Numbered from the stretch's first letter, positions 12,680 through 24,829 are shown. The stretch is 64,000 nt of DNA from Bispira polyomma (GCA_965649765.1 OZ287753.1:23312001-23376000), one strand, 5' to 3'. The notes: a model not told the origin generated them from the letters alone. Translations and numbers: made by a program.

Positions 12680-15600
12680 AGCTTAATTTAATGTTAATGT
12701 TTTTACTTCTACAGCGCCACAATCGATGACCAGGCATCCTCTGTGGCGCATATCCTAGTAAGTGTGCAAGAGCATAGTCCAGTAGACAGAAAAAGGTTCG
12801 CGATCAGAGATTCAGTCGTGACCATCAGATGTATGCTAAGGTGGGAAAGCGAGCTGATACAGATGTGTTTTGAGTCTTTTTCTGAAACCCATGATGCTTG
12901 TCTCAGTCCAAAGACTGGTAGGGAAGCTATTCCACTCAGCAGGTGCTGCAACTAAGAATGATTTTGAACCAGCTTGTTTTTTTGGTAGGAAACCAGAGGT
13001 GGAGAGACAAAATCAGAAATTGCCTCGGGTGAGATTGCTGAGAGACAGCATAGATGATAAATAGGCAGGTTGATGTACATGAACTATCTTAAAAATGAGG
13101 ACAATTACCTTAAATTTAATACGAAACTCAATAGGTAACAAATATAATTGTTTCAGCAGGGGAGTAGTGTGAGTGCGAGGGCCAATATGGTTAACTATTC
13201 TGCACAGGTTATTTTGTATTTTTTGTAGTTTGTTTATTTGTCCCTTTCCAATTCCATATAGTAGTGAGTTACAATAATCTAGCCGACTTGACACCAGGGC
13301 GTTTGCCACTGCAATGGCATTTTCTTGGGTTAAATGTCGTCGAATCCTGCTAAAGTCACGGATGTTGCCGTAGCAGGAACGATAAATATTCGAGACATGT
13401 TTTTTGAAGGAGAAGTCAGTCAAAAGTAACTCCTAGGTTCTTGGCACTGTCAGCTGGAACAGTGCTGTTACCAAGGAGAGTAGCAGGGAAGAAGTCAAGA
13501 ACCTTCTCCCTGTGATGTTTGGAGCCAATAAGTAGGAATTCTGTTTTGTCAAGGTTGAGTTTCAATTTTGAATTACTCATCCAAGATTCAATCGAAGACA
13601 GGCAGCTAGAAAGCTGTTCAAGGATCTGAGAACAATTTTTGGGAGTGAGGGAGCAGTAGATCTGTGTGTCATCTGCATAGAAATGATAGCTAATATTGTG
13701 GTGTGAGGATATTATACTTGTAGGGGAGTAGTGAACAGTGAAAACATAAGGGGCCCTAGGACAGAACCTTGAGGGACACCGAAAGGGAGATCATAAGGAG
13801 ATGACTTAGCTCCGTTGACCCTGATGATTTGATCACGGCATTCAAGATAGGCTTCAATCGATAGAAGAACCGAGTCAGATAGCCCGAACCAAGAATTAAG
13901 ACATTCGGGAAGTATCTTGTGGTCAATTGTGTCAAATGCAGCAGACAAATCAAGGAGGGTGAGGGCAGCCACACCACCCCTATCTAAGATTATATTGATG
14001 TCACTGCTAATTTTTAGAAGTGCTGTTTCAGTCGAGTGGAATTTTCTGTAGGCAGACTGGTGTGTATTTCTCATATGGTTGTGTACAGGTGTTCGTTTAA
14101 TTGGAGAGCAACAGCTTTTTCAATCAATTTTGAAACAAAGCTTAGATTTGATACTGGTCTGTAGTTTTTAAGGTTATTTCTGTCTAGATTTGGCTTTTTG
14201 AGTATGGGGGTTACATTAACAGTTCTGAACGATTTGGGGAAGCAGCCCTCTTGGATTGAGTAGTTTATAATGTTTGTGATTGGAGTTAATAGGATATCTG
14301 CACAATCCTTCAGTAAGGAAGTTGGGATAGGGTCTAGGTCACATTGTTTGGAAGGAGATGAAGTAATGATTTTGAGGATTTCATCTCTGCTGAGTGTTCT
14401 GAACTTTTTTAAGGTAGCTCGTTTGTATGGTGGAGTTGGGGTGTTGAGAGAGGTAGATGCTTTGAAAGCGATACGAATTTTATCAATCTTTCCTGAAAAA
14501 TATTTTCAAAATGAATTTGCAGCTTCAGAAAAGTTGTTACAGTCCGGTAGAATTGGATCTGTAACCTTATGAAGTATCTTCTTCACGGATTGCCAAAATT
14601 TCCTTGAGTCTGTGCAACTTCTTGAGATGAGAGAATCGTAGTGATCTTTCTTAGCCTTTGACAAGAGCCTATTGTGATGGTTGACAGCTGTTCTGTAGTG
14701 TGACCTATCAACCCTGGATTTAGTGTGGCGCCATATTTTCTCCAGGAACCGTATCCGCTTTTTGGCAGTGAGGATTTCCGGAGTAATTCAGCTGCAATCT
14801 GGGTGGGACAAAACGTTTTTTTCCCGAAGGGGGGCATGATTGTCTATGATGTCTCTCAGGACAATTTTGTATTGATCACACAGATCAATGGCATTAGTCT
14901 TTGGGTTTCTGAGAATTTCGGAGGATGCGATGTCACTTTTAAACTTGTCAATGTTGACTTTATTAATATTTCTAAACTTGATAGTTTTACCCATTGTGTA
15001 TGTGTGCGGAAATTTGATGTGGAGGCCGACAGTGAAATGGTCAGAAACACCCTCGGTCACGAATGATTCAACTAAGAGAGGGGAGTCTGATTTTGTTATT
15101 ACCAAGTCCAAAATGTGACCATGAATGTGGATTGGTTTGGTGATGTGTTGGGTGTAATCGAATCTGGTAAGTAGTTCTGTGAAGTCTGTAGACGAGCTGT
15201 CACCTTTGTCCATAGGGATGTTGAAATCACCTGTTATTAACGTCTCAAGAGATCTAGTATTAATTATTTCCATGAGATCTATCCAGTCAGAGGCAAAGGA
15301 AGATTTTGAGAGACATGGTGGCCTGTAAACCGTCAAGAGGCAAAAGGAAAAAGAACCATGAATAATTTTTAGGTAGATGGATTCAAAAGAGGCAAAATAA
15401 GGAAGACTGATTTCAGTGACATTGAAAATCTTTTTCACAAAGACGCCAACTCCACCGCCTCTTCTGTCTTTACACGGCTTCTGAAAGAAATTGTATGTAG
15501 GGGGGGTGATACTAGCCAGAAAAGAGTCTGTCATTTTTTCCGATCCATGTTTCAGTGATACCTGCTATGTCAAGTTTGTTGCTGAGAATACTGTTCACAA

Positions 15601-16300
15601 CTGAGGGGCCCTTGTTCCTGATGGACCTGGCATAAAAGATGCCAATTTTCAATGAATTTTTAGTGAAGCATTTAGGGCAGGATTTACCTGGATGTCACCA
15701 GACAGGGACAGTAGAAGAAACGACCAGAATGGAAAAACATGTGGAGTTTTATTTGAGAAGAATGAATTTTTTCTCTGACAGAGAATGGCCACAGTTTTAT
15801 TTGAGAAGAATGAATTTTTTCTCTGACAGAGAATGGCCACATGCGCTTTGTCAAGAGAGAAAATTAATGAGGGTTGTATCCAGGGTTTATATGGTGACAG
15901 AGATTCCTCTTCGGCCGTGACCAATCTGATCGAGATGAGGACCATCGCACAAAAAACATGTACTAGGTGCATAGTTAATTTACTAGAAGTTGAATTTAAG
16001 AAAATGCTCAGAAAATTCAAACACAACAAAGCACTCCCGACCAAGCAGAGTGGACGCCAATAAAAAGGAAAAAAAGCCAAATAGGAAAAAAAAGCTACTA
16101 GAATACTGTAAGACAACTCGACAGCCAAAAAAGAGGAAAAGCTAATAGAATACTGTAAAACAACTCAACAGCACATCCGACCAAGCGGAGTGAGCAATTA
16201 TATGGTATAAAAATTTGGCGGCAAGTGATTCAAGAAAACAGCTCAGAAAAATTCAGACACAATACAGCACTTCCAACTAAGCAGAGTGGACGCCAATATA
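12680..16300 (-). mobile_element. Near-full-length ORF2 of an L2/CR1-clade LINE (APE endonuclease + RT), frameshifted
   Basis: EN motifs ITETW, GGGV, GDFN and SDH (14788-15650); RT motifs [43 protein letters not shown] and SRLDYCNSLL. The 3' tail has a GCGCCACA/TGTGGCGC stem-loop and (ACATTA)-like repeats at ~12684-12750. Confidence 0.93.
15745..15840. repeat. 48-bp in-frame tandem duplication in the LINE leader ORF
   Basis: AGTTTTATTTGAGAAGAATGAATTTTTTCTCTGACAGAGAATGGCCAC occurs twice; it reads AILCQRKNSFFSNKT x2 on the minus strand. Confidence 0.9.
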
Positions 16301-18299
16301 GCCAAAAAACAAAAAGAAAACAGTTATAGAATTCACATTCATACAATTTTCAGTGCAACGGTCTGTATATATAAGGCAATAAAATATGATGATCACATGC
16401 TCATGTCAATGACATTCCTTTGTTGTTCCCCTATTAAAAATAAAAATAAAAGATAATAAAAAGAAAACTGGTGAATAACACCACTTAATATATCACCTAC
16501 AGGGAAGAAACGGTGAAAACAGTGGTTTTATAACTCTTTTCTAAAGTAAACAACACCCCACTCCCTTCACCACCAAAACAGTAAAAAACAGTGGTTTCTT
16601 GAACTCTTATCAAAGTAAACAAGACACCACTCCCGCCAAATGGGATGGGCGACAATATAATTATTTTAACAGTAAAAGTTCAAAGGGACAGAAAAAACCA
16701 CAAAAGGGTGAACAAAATGCGATACACAGAAGAACTGATCAATAACACCACTTGATATTTTACTTGCAGGGGAAAAAACAGTAAAAGCAGTCGTTTTTAT
16801 AGCTATTTTATAAAGTTTACCAGAATTTTACGAAAAAACACATCTGTTGATGGTCACGACTAAAGCCATTTATCTCAGTCTTCAAATAAAAAAATATCGC
16901 ACTGTCTTCGGAACCGCCATTTGCGGTTCGCAAACTCAATGGATTTAGAACCGTCATGTACATTTTAATATTATTTTGTCGACAAAAATCAATTATTTTA
17001 CCGACATACTATTTTTATATTATTTTGTCGACAGAAACTAATTGTTTTACCGACGTAATTTGATGTATATCTCGGAAGTGAAGTATGTGTATATGTATAG
17101 ATAGGCATCAGGTCCTCAAATCAATAAAGGTAATATATGTTGGTGATTAATTCTGAGTCAAAGGTCAGAGACAGTTAAATTTCCTTATGTGGAAGTTGGT
17201 TCTTTGGGGTATTGGGCAAAAATTGGAGCTGTATTTTAATCTAGAGATGTTGAAATATTATTTTGTAATGCAAGAGATATAAAACACATTTGGTTATTGA
17301 AGAAAAACAGCAAATATCGAATTTACAAGACCCTTGAATCAACAAAACCCAATGTTGGTGATTATTTTTTGCAACCGGGAGAAGTGAAAGTCACTATTTT
17401 CCGTTTTATTTGCTTGATTTTATTTTTTAATATCTACACAGTACTCAGCCATTTCTTAACAGATTCTGGCGCAACAAAAAGCACAATAATCGCAATTCAT
17501 GTTAAAATTTACAATAACAGTTCGGAAGGCAAAGTCATTTAGAACCGTCAGTGTGTGACGGTTCGAAATTACATTGTTTTCCGAACCGCCTATGACTGTT
17601 CCGAAGCCTCAGTGAAAAAATATTGTACACAGGCGTCCGGGTCACAATATTGTTCAACGCACATTTCAATGTACAAAACATAGATTTTTCAAAAATAATA
17701 TATAGTATTCTGTAATTTAATTTATAGGCATAAAATAGCATATGTTTTCAATATTAATTTCCATCAGCAAGTTTTTTTTTAAATGCGATGGACACTATTA
17801 TGACCGCCCGTGTAAAGTAGAAACATAAATTCACACTCATTGATACATTAAAGCAAAAGTAGACATTTATTTAGAGAAAATATTTTACCAAATGAGTAGT
17901 TAAACATATTTACTTTGAAATAAATTTGTAATAAATATCTTATTATTTTCAATGGACCAATATTTGACTGGAAATGTATTAAAACTTTAAATGCTGATAT
18001 CTCCCTTAATAATAGTCCGATTTTAAAAATTCTTTCACTTTTGTGATTAGTAGCACCGGGAGATAGAGACTGCATGACAAATGTGCACCTATTTTGGCTT
18101 TTAAAATTTTCACCGATCGGCTCCACGAAAATTATCGCGAAATTTATCGCTAAATAAATACCCATCTTACCTTTTAAAAAGTGCAGATATCATCAAAATA
18201 TAGTTTGTCTATCCATTTCTATGTCTAGATATCGTTATTTAAGACACATATAACAATTATTATTCATATTTCTTAAAACACAAACCAAGGAACCACCAA

Positions 18300-21200
18300 T
18301 TACCAAACCAAGTTGATTCAGTCTAAACCCCAGATATGGGTTCGCGCTAAATTCTGTGGTGGGTTTGGTGGGGTGGTGGACTTTTGATGAGGTTCAATGT
18401 TATTTTTTGTTTGCAAATTATTTGGTAGGTTGTTCGATTTTGATGTGAAATGGTATTATTTATTTGTAAATAATTTATTGTTTAATCACAAGTTATGACG
18501 ATTTTGGTGAGAAAGTTCAGAAAAGTGCAAACCATCTTTAATTCCAATAGGTCGCTTACATCTAATAATTTTGGTTTGGTGGGATCTTTTCTAAGTTCGC
18601 CAATTACTAGTAATATCTCTTTACTGAGCAACATAGAAATATGCCATATATAGTGATCTATTGTGATTTTAAGTGCTAACAATGTTTTGTTTTACCACTG
18701 AATCTTGCCGCCATGATTTGAACTAAAGCTGGCGAAAGTGATGTCAAACCCAACTAAACTGAAACCCAATTCTATTGAAACTAAAGAAGATTGTGTAAAA
18801 CTACTTTCAATAGATCTCGTCATTAATTAATTTGATATTCTATTGGGTGTTCTCCCTCAGGTTGGGGTAAATTTTAATATCTCTGCGATTTTTGAAGAAT
18901 TTAATACCTTCTTACACAACTTTTTTTTAACTATGCTCAAAGGTGTAGCTACTCTACTTTAACAGATTCAAATGGATAAGATGTATTTGCCCAAAGGTCA
19001 AACAAGCTTCTTTATTTTAGGACTACTATGTAACAAGGACTGTGATGGCCTTTTGTGGTAAAAAAGCATCTGTTTGACAATTATTATTTTTGCCCCAATG
19101 GCTGAAAATTTGCTTTTGAATTTATCTTTATAAATGGTAGCATGGTTTGGGACTAGAGCTGTGCCCATGGCTGTAGCAATTATTTTGAGGCAATGTTGTC
19201 TGTTAAAATCTAGGGCCCATGATAGTGTAGCGGTTAGAAGCACCTGCTTCACAATAACTTACCTTTCACCAATGCAGCTTTGAATCCTGTTCATGCCTTC
19301 ATTTCGGAAAGTTTGTGAGATACTTGCAGTAGGTCAGTGGTTCATGGCTTCATCATTTTGGGTATTCTGCCTTGGAAGAGGGTAAATTTTAATATCTTTG
19401 GGATTATTGAAGTCTTTACCACCTTATTACACAAGTCATTTTGAAATATGCTTTAAAGTGTAGCTACTTTGCTTCCACAGATTCAAATGGATGAGATTTA
19501 TTTGCAAGTTAAACAAGTTTATTTATTTTAGAACTACTATGTAATAAGGACTGTGGTGGCCTTTTGCGGTAAAAAGCATCTGTTTGACAATCACTGGCTT
19601 TTCACCAATGGCTAGAAATTTAATTTTGGATTTATTCATGTAAATATTAGCATGGTTTGGGAATAGAGCTGTGCCCATGGCTGTAGCAATTATTTTGAGG
19701 CAATGTTGTCTATTGAAATTGAGGGCCTATGATAGTGTAGTGGTTAGAAGCACCTGCTTCACAATCACTGGCCTTTCATCAATGTAGCTTTGAATACTGT
19801 TCATGCCTTTGTGTCGGAAAGTTGGTCACATACTTGTAGTAGGTAGGTGGTTCACAGCTTTATCCTTTTGGGTGTTCTCCCTTGGGACAGGGTAAATTTT
19901 AATATCTTTGTGATTATTGAAGTTTTCACCACCTTATTACACAAGTCTTTTTTTAACTATAAAGATTTTAAAGAGAAAGTTCAGAAAAGTGCCAAACCAT
20001 CTTTAATTCCAATAGGTCTCTTAGATCTAATAATTTTTGTTTGGTGGGATCTTTTCTGAGTTAGTCAAATACTAATAATATCCCATTACTGAGCAACATA
20101 AAAGTATTAATGGCCATGGTGATCTATATTGTGATTTGAAGTGCCAGCAATGGTTTGTTTTACCATGGAATCTTGCCGCCATGATATGAACTAAGCTGGC
20201 GAAAGTGATGTCAAACCCAACTAAATTGAAACTAAATTCTATTGAAACTGAAAAAGATTGTGTAAAACTACTTTCAATAGGTCTCGTAATTAATTTATTT
20301 GATATTCTTTTGGGTGTTCTCCATTAGGTCGGGGTAAAGTTTAATATCTCTGCGATTTTTGAAGTTTTTAACACCTTCTTACACAACTTCTTTTGAACTA
20401 TGCTTAAAGGTGTAGCTACTTTACTTTAACAGATTCAAATGGAGAAGATGTTTTTGTCCAAAGGTCAAACAAGCTTCTTTATTTCGGGACTACTAAGTAA
20501 CAAGGACTGTGGTGGCTTTTTGTGGTAAAAAAGCATGTTTGACAATTACTATTTTTGCCCCAATGGCTGAAAATTTGCTTTTGAATTTATCTTTATAAAT
20601 GTTAGCATGGTTTGGGACTACAGCTGTGCCCATGGCTGTAGCAATTATTTTGAGGCAATGTTGTCTGTTAAAATCTAGGGCCCATGATAGTGTAGCGGTT
20701 AGAAGCACCTGCTTCACAATAACTTACCTTTCACCAATGCAGCTTTGAATCCTGTTCATGCCTTCATTTCGGAAAGTTTGTCGGATACTTGCAGTAGGTC
20801 AGTGGTTTACGGCTTTATCTGTTTAGGTGTTCTCCCTTGGGACAGGGTAAATTTAATATCTTTGTGATTATTGAAGTCTTCACATACTTATTACAGGACT
20901 CCTTTTTAACTATGCTCCAAAGTGTAGCCACTTTGCTTCGACAGATTTTAATGGATGAGATTTATTTGCAAGTCAAACAAGCTTATTTGTTTTAGGACTA
21001 CTATGTAATCAGGACTGTGGTGGCCTTTTGTGGTAAAAAGCATCTGGTTGATAATCACTGGCTTCTCACCAATGGCTAAACAATATTTGCCCAAAAGTCA
21101 AACACGCTTCTTTATTTTAGGACTACTATGTAATAAAGACCGTACATAGTGGCCTTTTGTGGTAAAAAGCGTCTGCTTAACAATTACTGGCTTCTCACCA

Positions 21201-21570
21201 ATGGCTGGAAATTTTATTTTGGATCTTATCTATGTAAATATTAGCATGGTTTGGGACTAGAGCTGTGCCCATGGCTGTAGCAATTATTCTAAGGCAATGT
21301 TGTCTTTTGAAATTGAGGGCCCATGATAGTGTAGCGGTTAGAAGGACCTGCTTCACCATCACTGGCCTTTCACCAATGTAGCTTTGAATCCTGTTCATGC
21401 CTTCATGTCGGAAAGTTTGTCAGATACTTGCAGTAGGTAGTGGTTCACGGCTTAATCTTTTGAGGTGTTCTCCCTTGGGACAGGGTAAATTTTAATATAT
21501 TTTTGATTGTTGTAGTCTTCACCACTTTATTACATAACTCCTTTTTAAATATGCTTCAAAGTGTTGCTAT
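18300..21570 (-). mobile_element. Tandemly amplified, decayed Penelope-like element RT fragments
   Basis: Four copies (~19158, 19668, 20623, 21262) of DFNRQHCLKIIATAMGTALVPNHANIY, matching the Penelope RT motif F.FN..Y.Q..GTAMGT..AP.YANIF. There is a 1.46-kb duplication (18509 = 19973) with ~510-bp subunits. Confidence 0.8.
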
Positions 21571-22597
21571 AAAAAGCGCTATACAACCCAGTTAAATGCA
21601 AATTCTATTTTAATTGAAGTACACATTGTGTAAAAAAATAAACAAACATGGAAGTTTTATGCTCATTTATTGTCTTAAAAAACAAGAAAAGGCTTTCACT
21701 GTTGATACCACCAACCTGAAAAAAAAAGACATCTATTAATAAAAAATTACCAAAACATAGTCTCCTAAATATGATGAATTAATGATGAGAAATAGATATT
21801 AAACTGATCTTATATTTAGATTAAAAGCAAATAGTTACCCTTCCTTACAAACATAAAATCCAATATTAGTCACAGATACCTTCAGGTAAAAGGTGCTGAC
21901 CCAAAAATGAATAGATCTATTATTTTTGACTTACCACATAGGTAAATCATCTCATATTTCAAAGATTTTCGAAACACAATCTAAAATTAACCAGTAAATC
22001 AAATAACCACGTATACTACTCTACCAGTTTTAAGGCAGGTACCCCACTTTACTCCTAGTTATGAAGGATATGTTTCTTGTATACCAGTCTAAAATGAATT
22101 ATTCATGATCAATTTTCGGGGCTAACATTTTCTTAAATCATACAGGGTAACTCGCCTGAAAAAAATCCAAAATTCGGAAAATGGGCAGACTTTGGGATTT
22201 CACGCTAAATATTAATGCTAAGAAACTATTTGTAAACACAGCGATTTTGAAATGCATTTATCTCTGTCAATATAGGATATAATTTAATTTTGTAAGAAGT
22301 TTTAGAAAGCGTATCAACTACTATTTATGGACATATTAATCCCAAACTTGTAGCTTTGGTAACTTTGTTATTTTTTGTAACTTTAGTACTCGTATTTTAC
22401 CGACAACAGGCGTAATATATGGACCGAAGTTCGAAAAGCTTTTCCCCATGACACTGCACACGCCAGCATTAATTATAATAAGAAAAACATAATGGGGTGA
22501 GACTATGCTTCCGACGGGAGATAATTAAAAGTGGCGGGAATGAGTCGGCAAAAAAGTAGAAGAAATAATTCCAATCAATCATCTTTATACCTAGCAA

Positions 22598-22836
22598 CTG
22601 GTCAGCCAGTGAATTTCGCCACCCACTAGCGAATTTCGCCACCCACTAGAAAATTTCGCCACCCGAAATAAACCAGTTTAGAAATTGTTTTTCTGGAATT
22701 AATTGAATGTAAAATGTTGTATTATGCATAAACTATTGGTTTATGAATTCAAAATCACGAAATTACTGCCATATAGTGTCAAAAAAACGTCAAGTGGCGA
22801 AATTCACTGGCCAGCGAAATTCACTGGCTGAGTGGT
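22598..22836. mobile_element. MULE-like MITE with GAATTTCGCCAC subterminal repeats
   Basis: TCAGCCAGTGAATTTCGC at left is inverted as GCGAAATTCACTGGCTGA at right, with tandem AATTTCGCCACCC motifs. Confidence 0.7.
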
Positions 22837-23637
22837 AAATAAAACAAAAAGGGCTATAATTCCTAAACTAACAGATAACTTAACAAAATAAATTTTGCCC
22901 CATCTATAAGACATAACAAGTACACACAAAAAGTTTTAGTCAAAAAGTCCCAAAAATGAGCGACTCCAGCTTGTCCTTGCAAATCACTAGGGGTATTCAG
23001 TAAGTCATGTTATTACAACAGAAATCTCACACCGGAACTCCGTTCCAGTATGAGGCATCTGCTGCAAAAAAATGACAGTGTAATAGTTAAATGGAAGTAA
23101 AAATGTATTGTTGTTATTCTGGACAAGAGCCTAAAAATAGGATTAACTAGCAATTTTAAAAACAAATGATGTGGTCATAATTTTAATACCAATAATATAC
23201 AAGGTGCCATGCCAAAGAGTGTCCCACTTTGTTGGCAGCACCAGTATAACATTAAAGCTATACTCCTTGTACTGATGAATTATATCATGCAGTGGGGAAA
23301 ATTATTGTACATTATAGGTGGTACCGGTAAATTTAATGGAAAACTGGTTTAATTTAGGAAAGCCAAGCAAATTTAGCTGTTCCCATGAATTGGCATATTT
23401 ATTGGAAATTTTCAGTAAGATGGAAAAGAAATTGTAAGAAAATGAAACTCCAGGTACAGGTTACCATTGTCATGGTATCAGAAAAAGTAAATTTATCCTT
23501 GGACAAATAATTGTTGCTCATTGCTTTGCACCAGTGAAGTTTCACATAAGAAGTTGTGAGTTTCTTGAGTCTCAATTTTGATATGACATTTTAAGGCATA
23601 TATTACTGTTTGCAATATGTCATTAACTCGTAAACAA

Positions 23638-23732
23638 CAACTATCGTGGGGATGCCTGTAGCATCTAACTCAACTTTATCGATTAGATGTTGCCACCACC
23701 TGATGAGACTTATTGAGAGGTCGAAATAGTTG
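23638..23732 (+). ncRNA. Type III hammerhead ribozyme
   Basis: Stem III CAACTAT (23638-44) / ATAGTTG (23726-32); cleavage triplet AUC (C23645); stem I GTGG / CCAC extended by GTAGCATCTAA / TTAGATGTTGC; core CTGATGA (23700-06); stem II GACTT / AGGTC with loop ATTGAG; GAAA (23723-26). Confidence 0.88.
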
Positions 23733-24067
23733 ATTATCTAAGTCCTATTTCCAGTTATCTTTGTCTTCCAAGGTCATACTAAAACCAAAGTCATGAAGAC
23801 TAAAGGATAAGAGTTAAAGTAATTTTCCAACTTTTATTATGATTGAAAATTCAATCAACTGCCAGCTTTCTTCTAGCAAATTACAAGTGCCACCTAGCGA
23901 GTGGATTTGATAGCACAAATGCTCCCTCCTAAGGTGACATTATACATAGATGCCTACACCACTACATGCAAGTAACACATAGTACTGTTTAAAAAACTAA
24001 TATTCAATTATATATTCCCTAAGAAGTGTCACCGTAAAACATCATCACAAAAGTAAAAGTACATTAC

Positions 24068-24285
24068 AGGGGTGGACAGCTTAGCGGACGGGACAGCGAC
24101 AGTAACTTAAAACATAAAATTTGTTGCATTTAAAAAGCCATCTGTAAAATATTAAGTACTTATCAGACTAATTTATTTAGTAAGACAAACTTTACATTTA
24201 AAATCGGTCAGACTGGGCAAATGGATTAACTGGGCACATTTGAAGTTACTGTCCGCTAAGCTGTCCACTAAACTGTCCACCCCTG
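24068..24285. mobile_element. TA-flanked MITE
   Basis: TIRs CAGGGGTGGACAG / CTGTCCACCCCTG flanked by TA; internal inverted GGACAGCTTAGCGGAC. Confidence 0.8.
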
Positions 24286-24829
24286 TACATGATATCCAAC
24301 TCTATGAGTGCATAATAGAAAGTCATTTGGATAGTCTAATAATTTTATGATAAGAAAGTAAAACATTATACAGGTTTACCATATGGTTAAGTCTGGTACT
24401 CTCAGCATTATTTTTGAGCCCAATAGAAGCTCTCTGATACATTAAGGAATAAATAAGATAAGAATCTGGCGGCCTTCGGGCAGCACCATTTGTGAATACT
24501 GCGCATACGATATTCCGAAATTTGCTAGTCCACCATCACTGACAAAGTCACAGTCCTTAGGGTCGGTCTTCAGTGGGCGATAATTAAATAACTTCCTCAA
24601 ATCTGCGGTGGCAGTAGACATATACACTGGTCACGCTAGTTCATGTTACTTATCTTTACAATGTACATAAAACAATAAAATAATTTAAAACGGGTCGCCC
24701 TAAACGACAAAAACGATCAGTGACGAATTTCAACTTAAAGTTTCTCAGCGAAGCAATTCTACTTTACCGGTACGAGATTTCAACAAGTATATCTTACCAT
24801 AAACGTCTTCTTTGCTTTTGCTTTCTTTA

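Noticed and set aside
22030-22072. U12-type AT-AC intron (ATATCCTT 5' site on the minus strand)
   Set aside because: The branch point is poor, the implied intron is only ~60 nt, and there is no supporting reading frame.
23886-23900. CTCF-like motif AGTGCCACCTAGCGA
   Set aside because: A single imperfect match that is expected by chance in 64 kb.
24555-24575. Telomerase RNA template (ACCCTAA on the minus strand)
   Set aside because: Only 7 nt match, short of the ~1.5 repeats needed, and no pseudoknot or CR4/5 domain could be identified.
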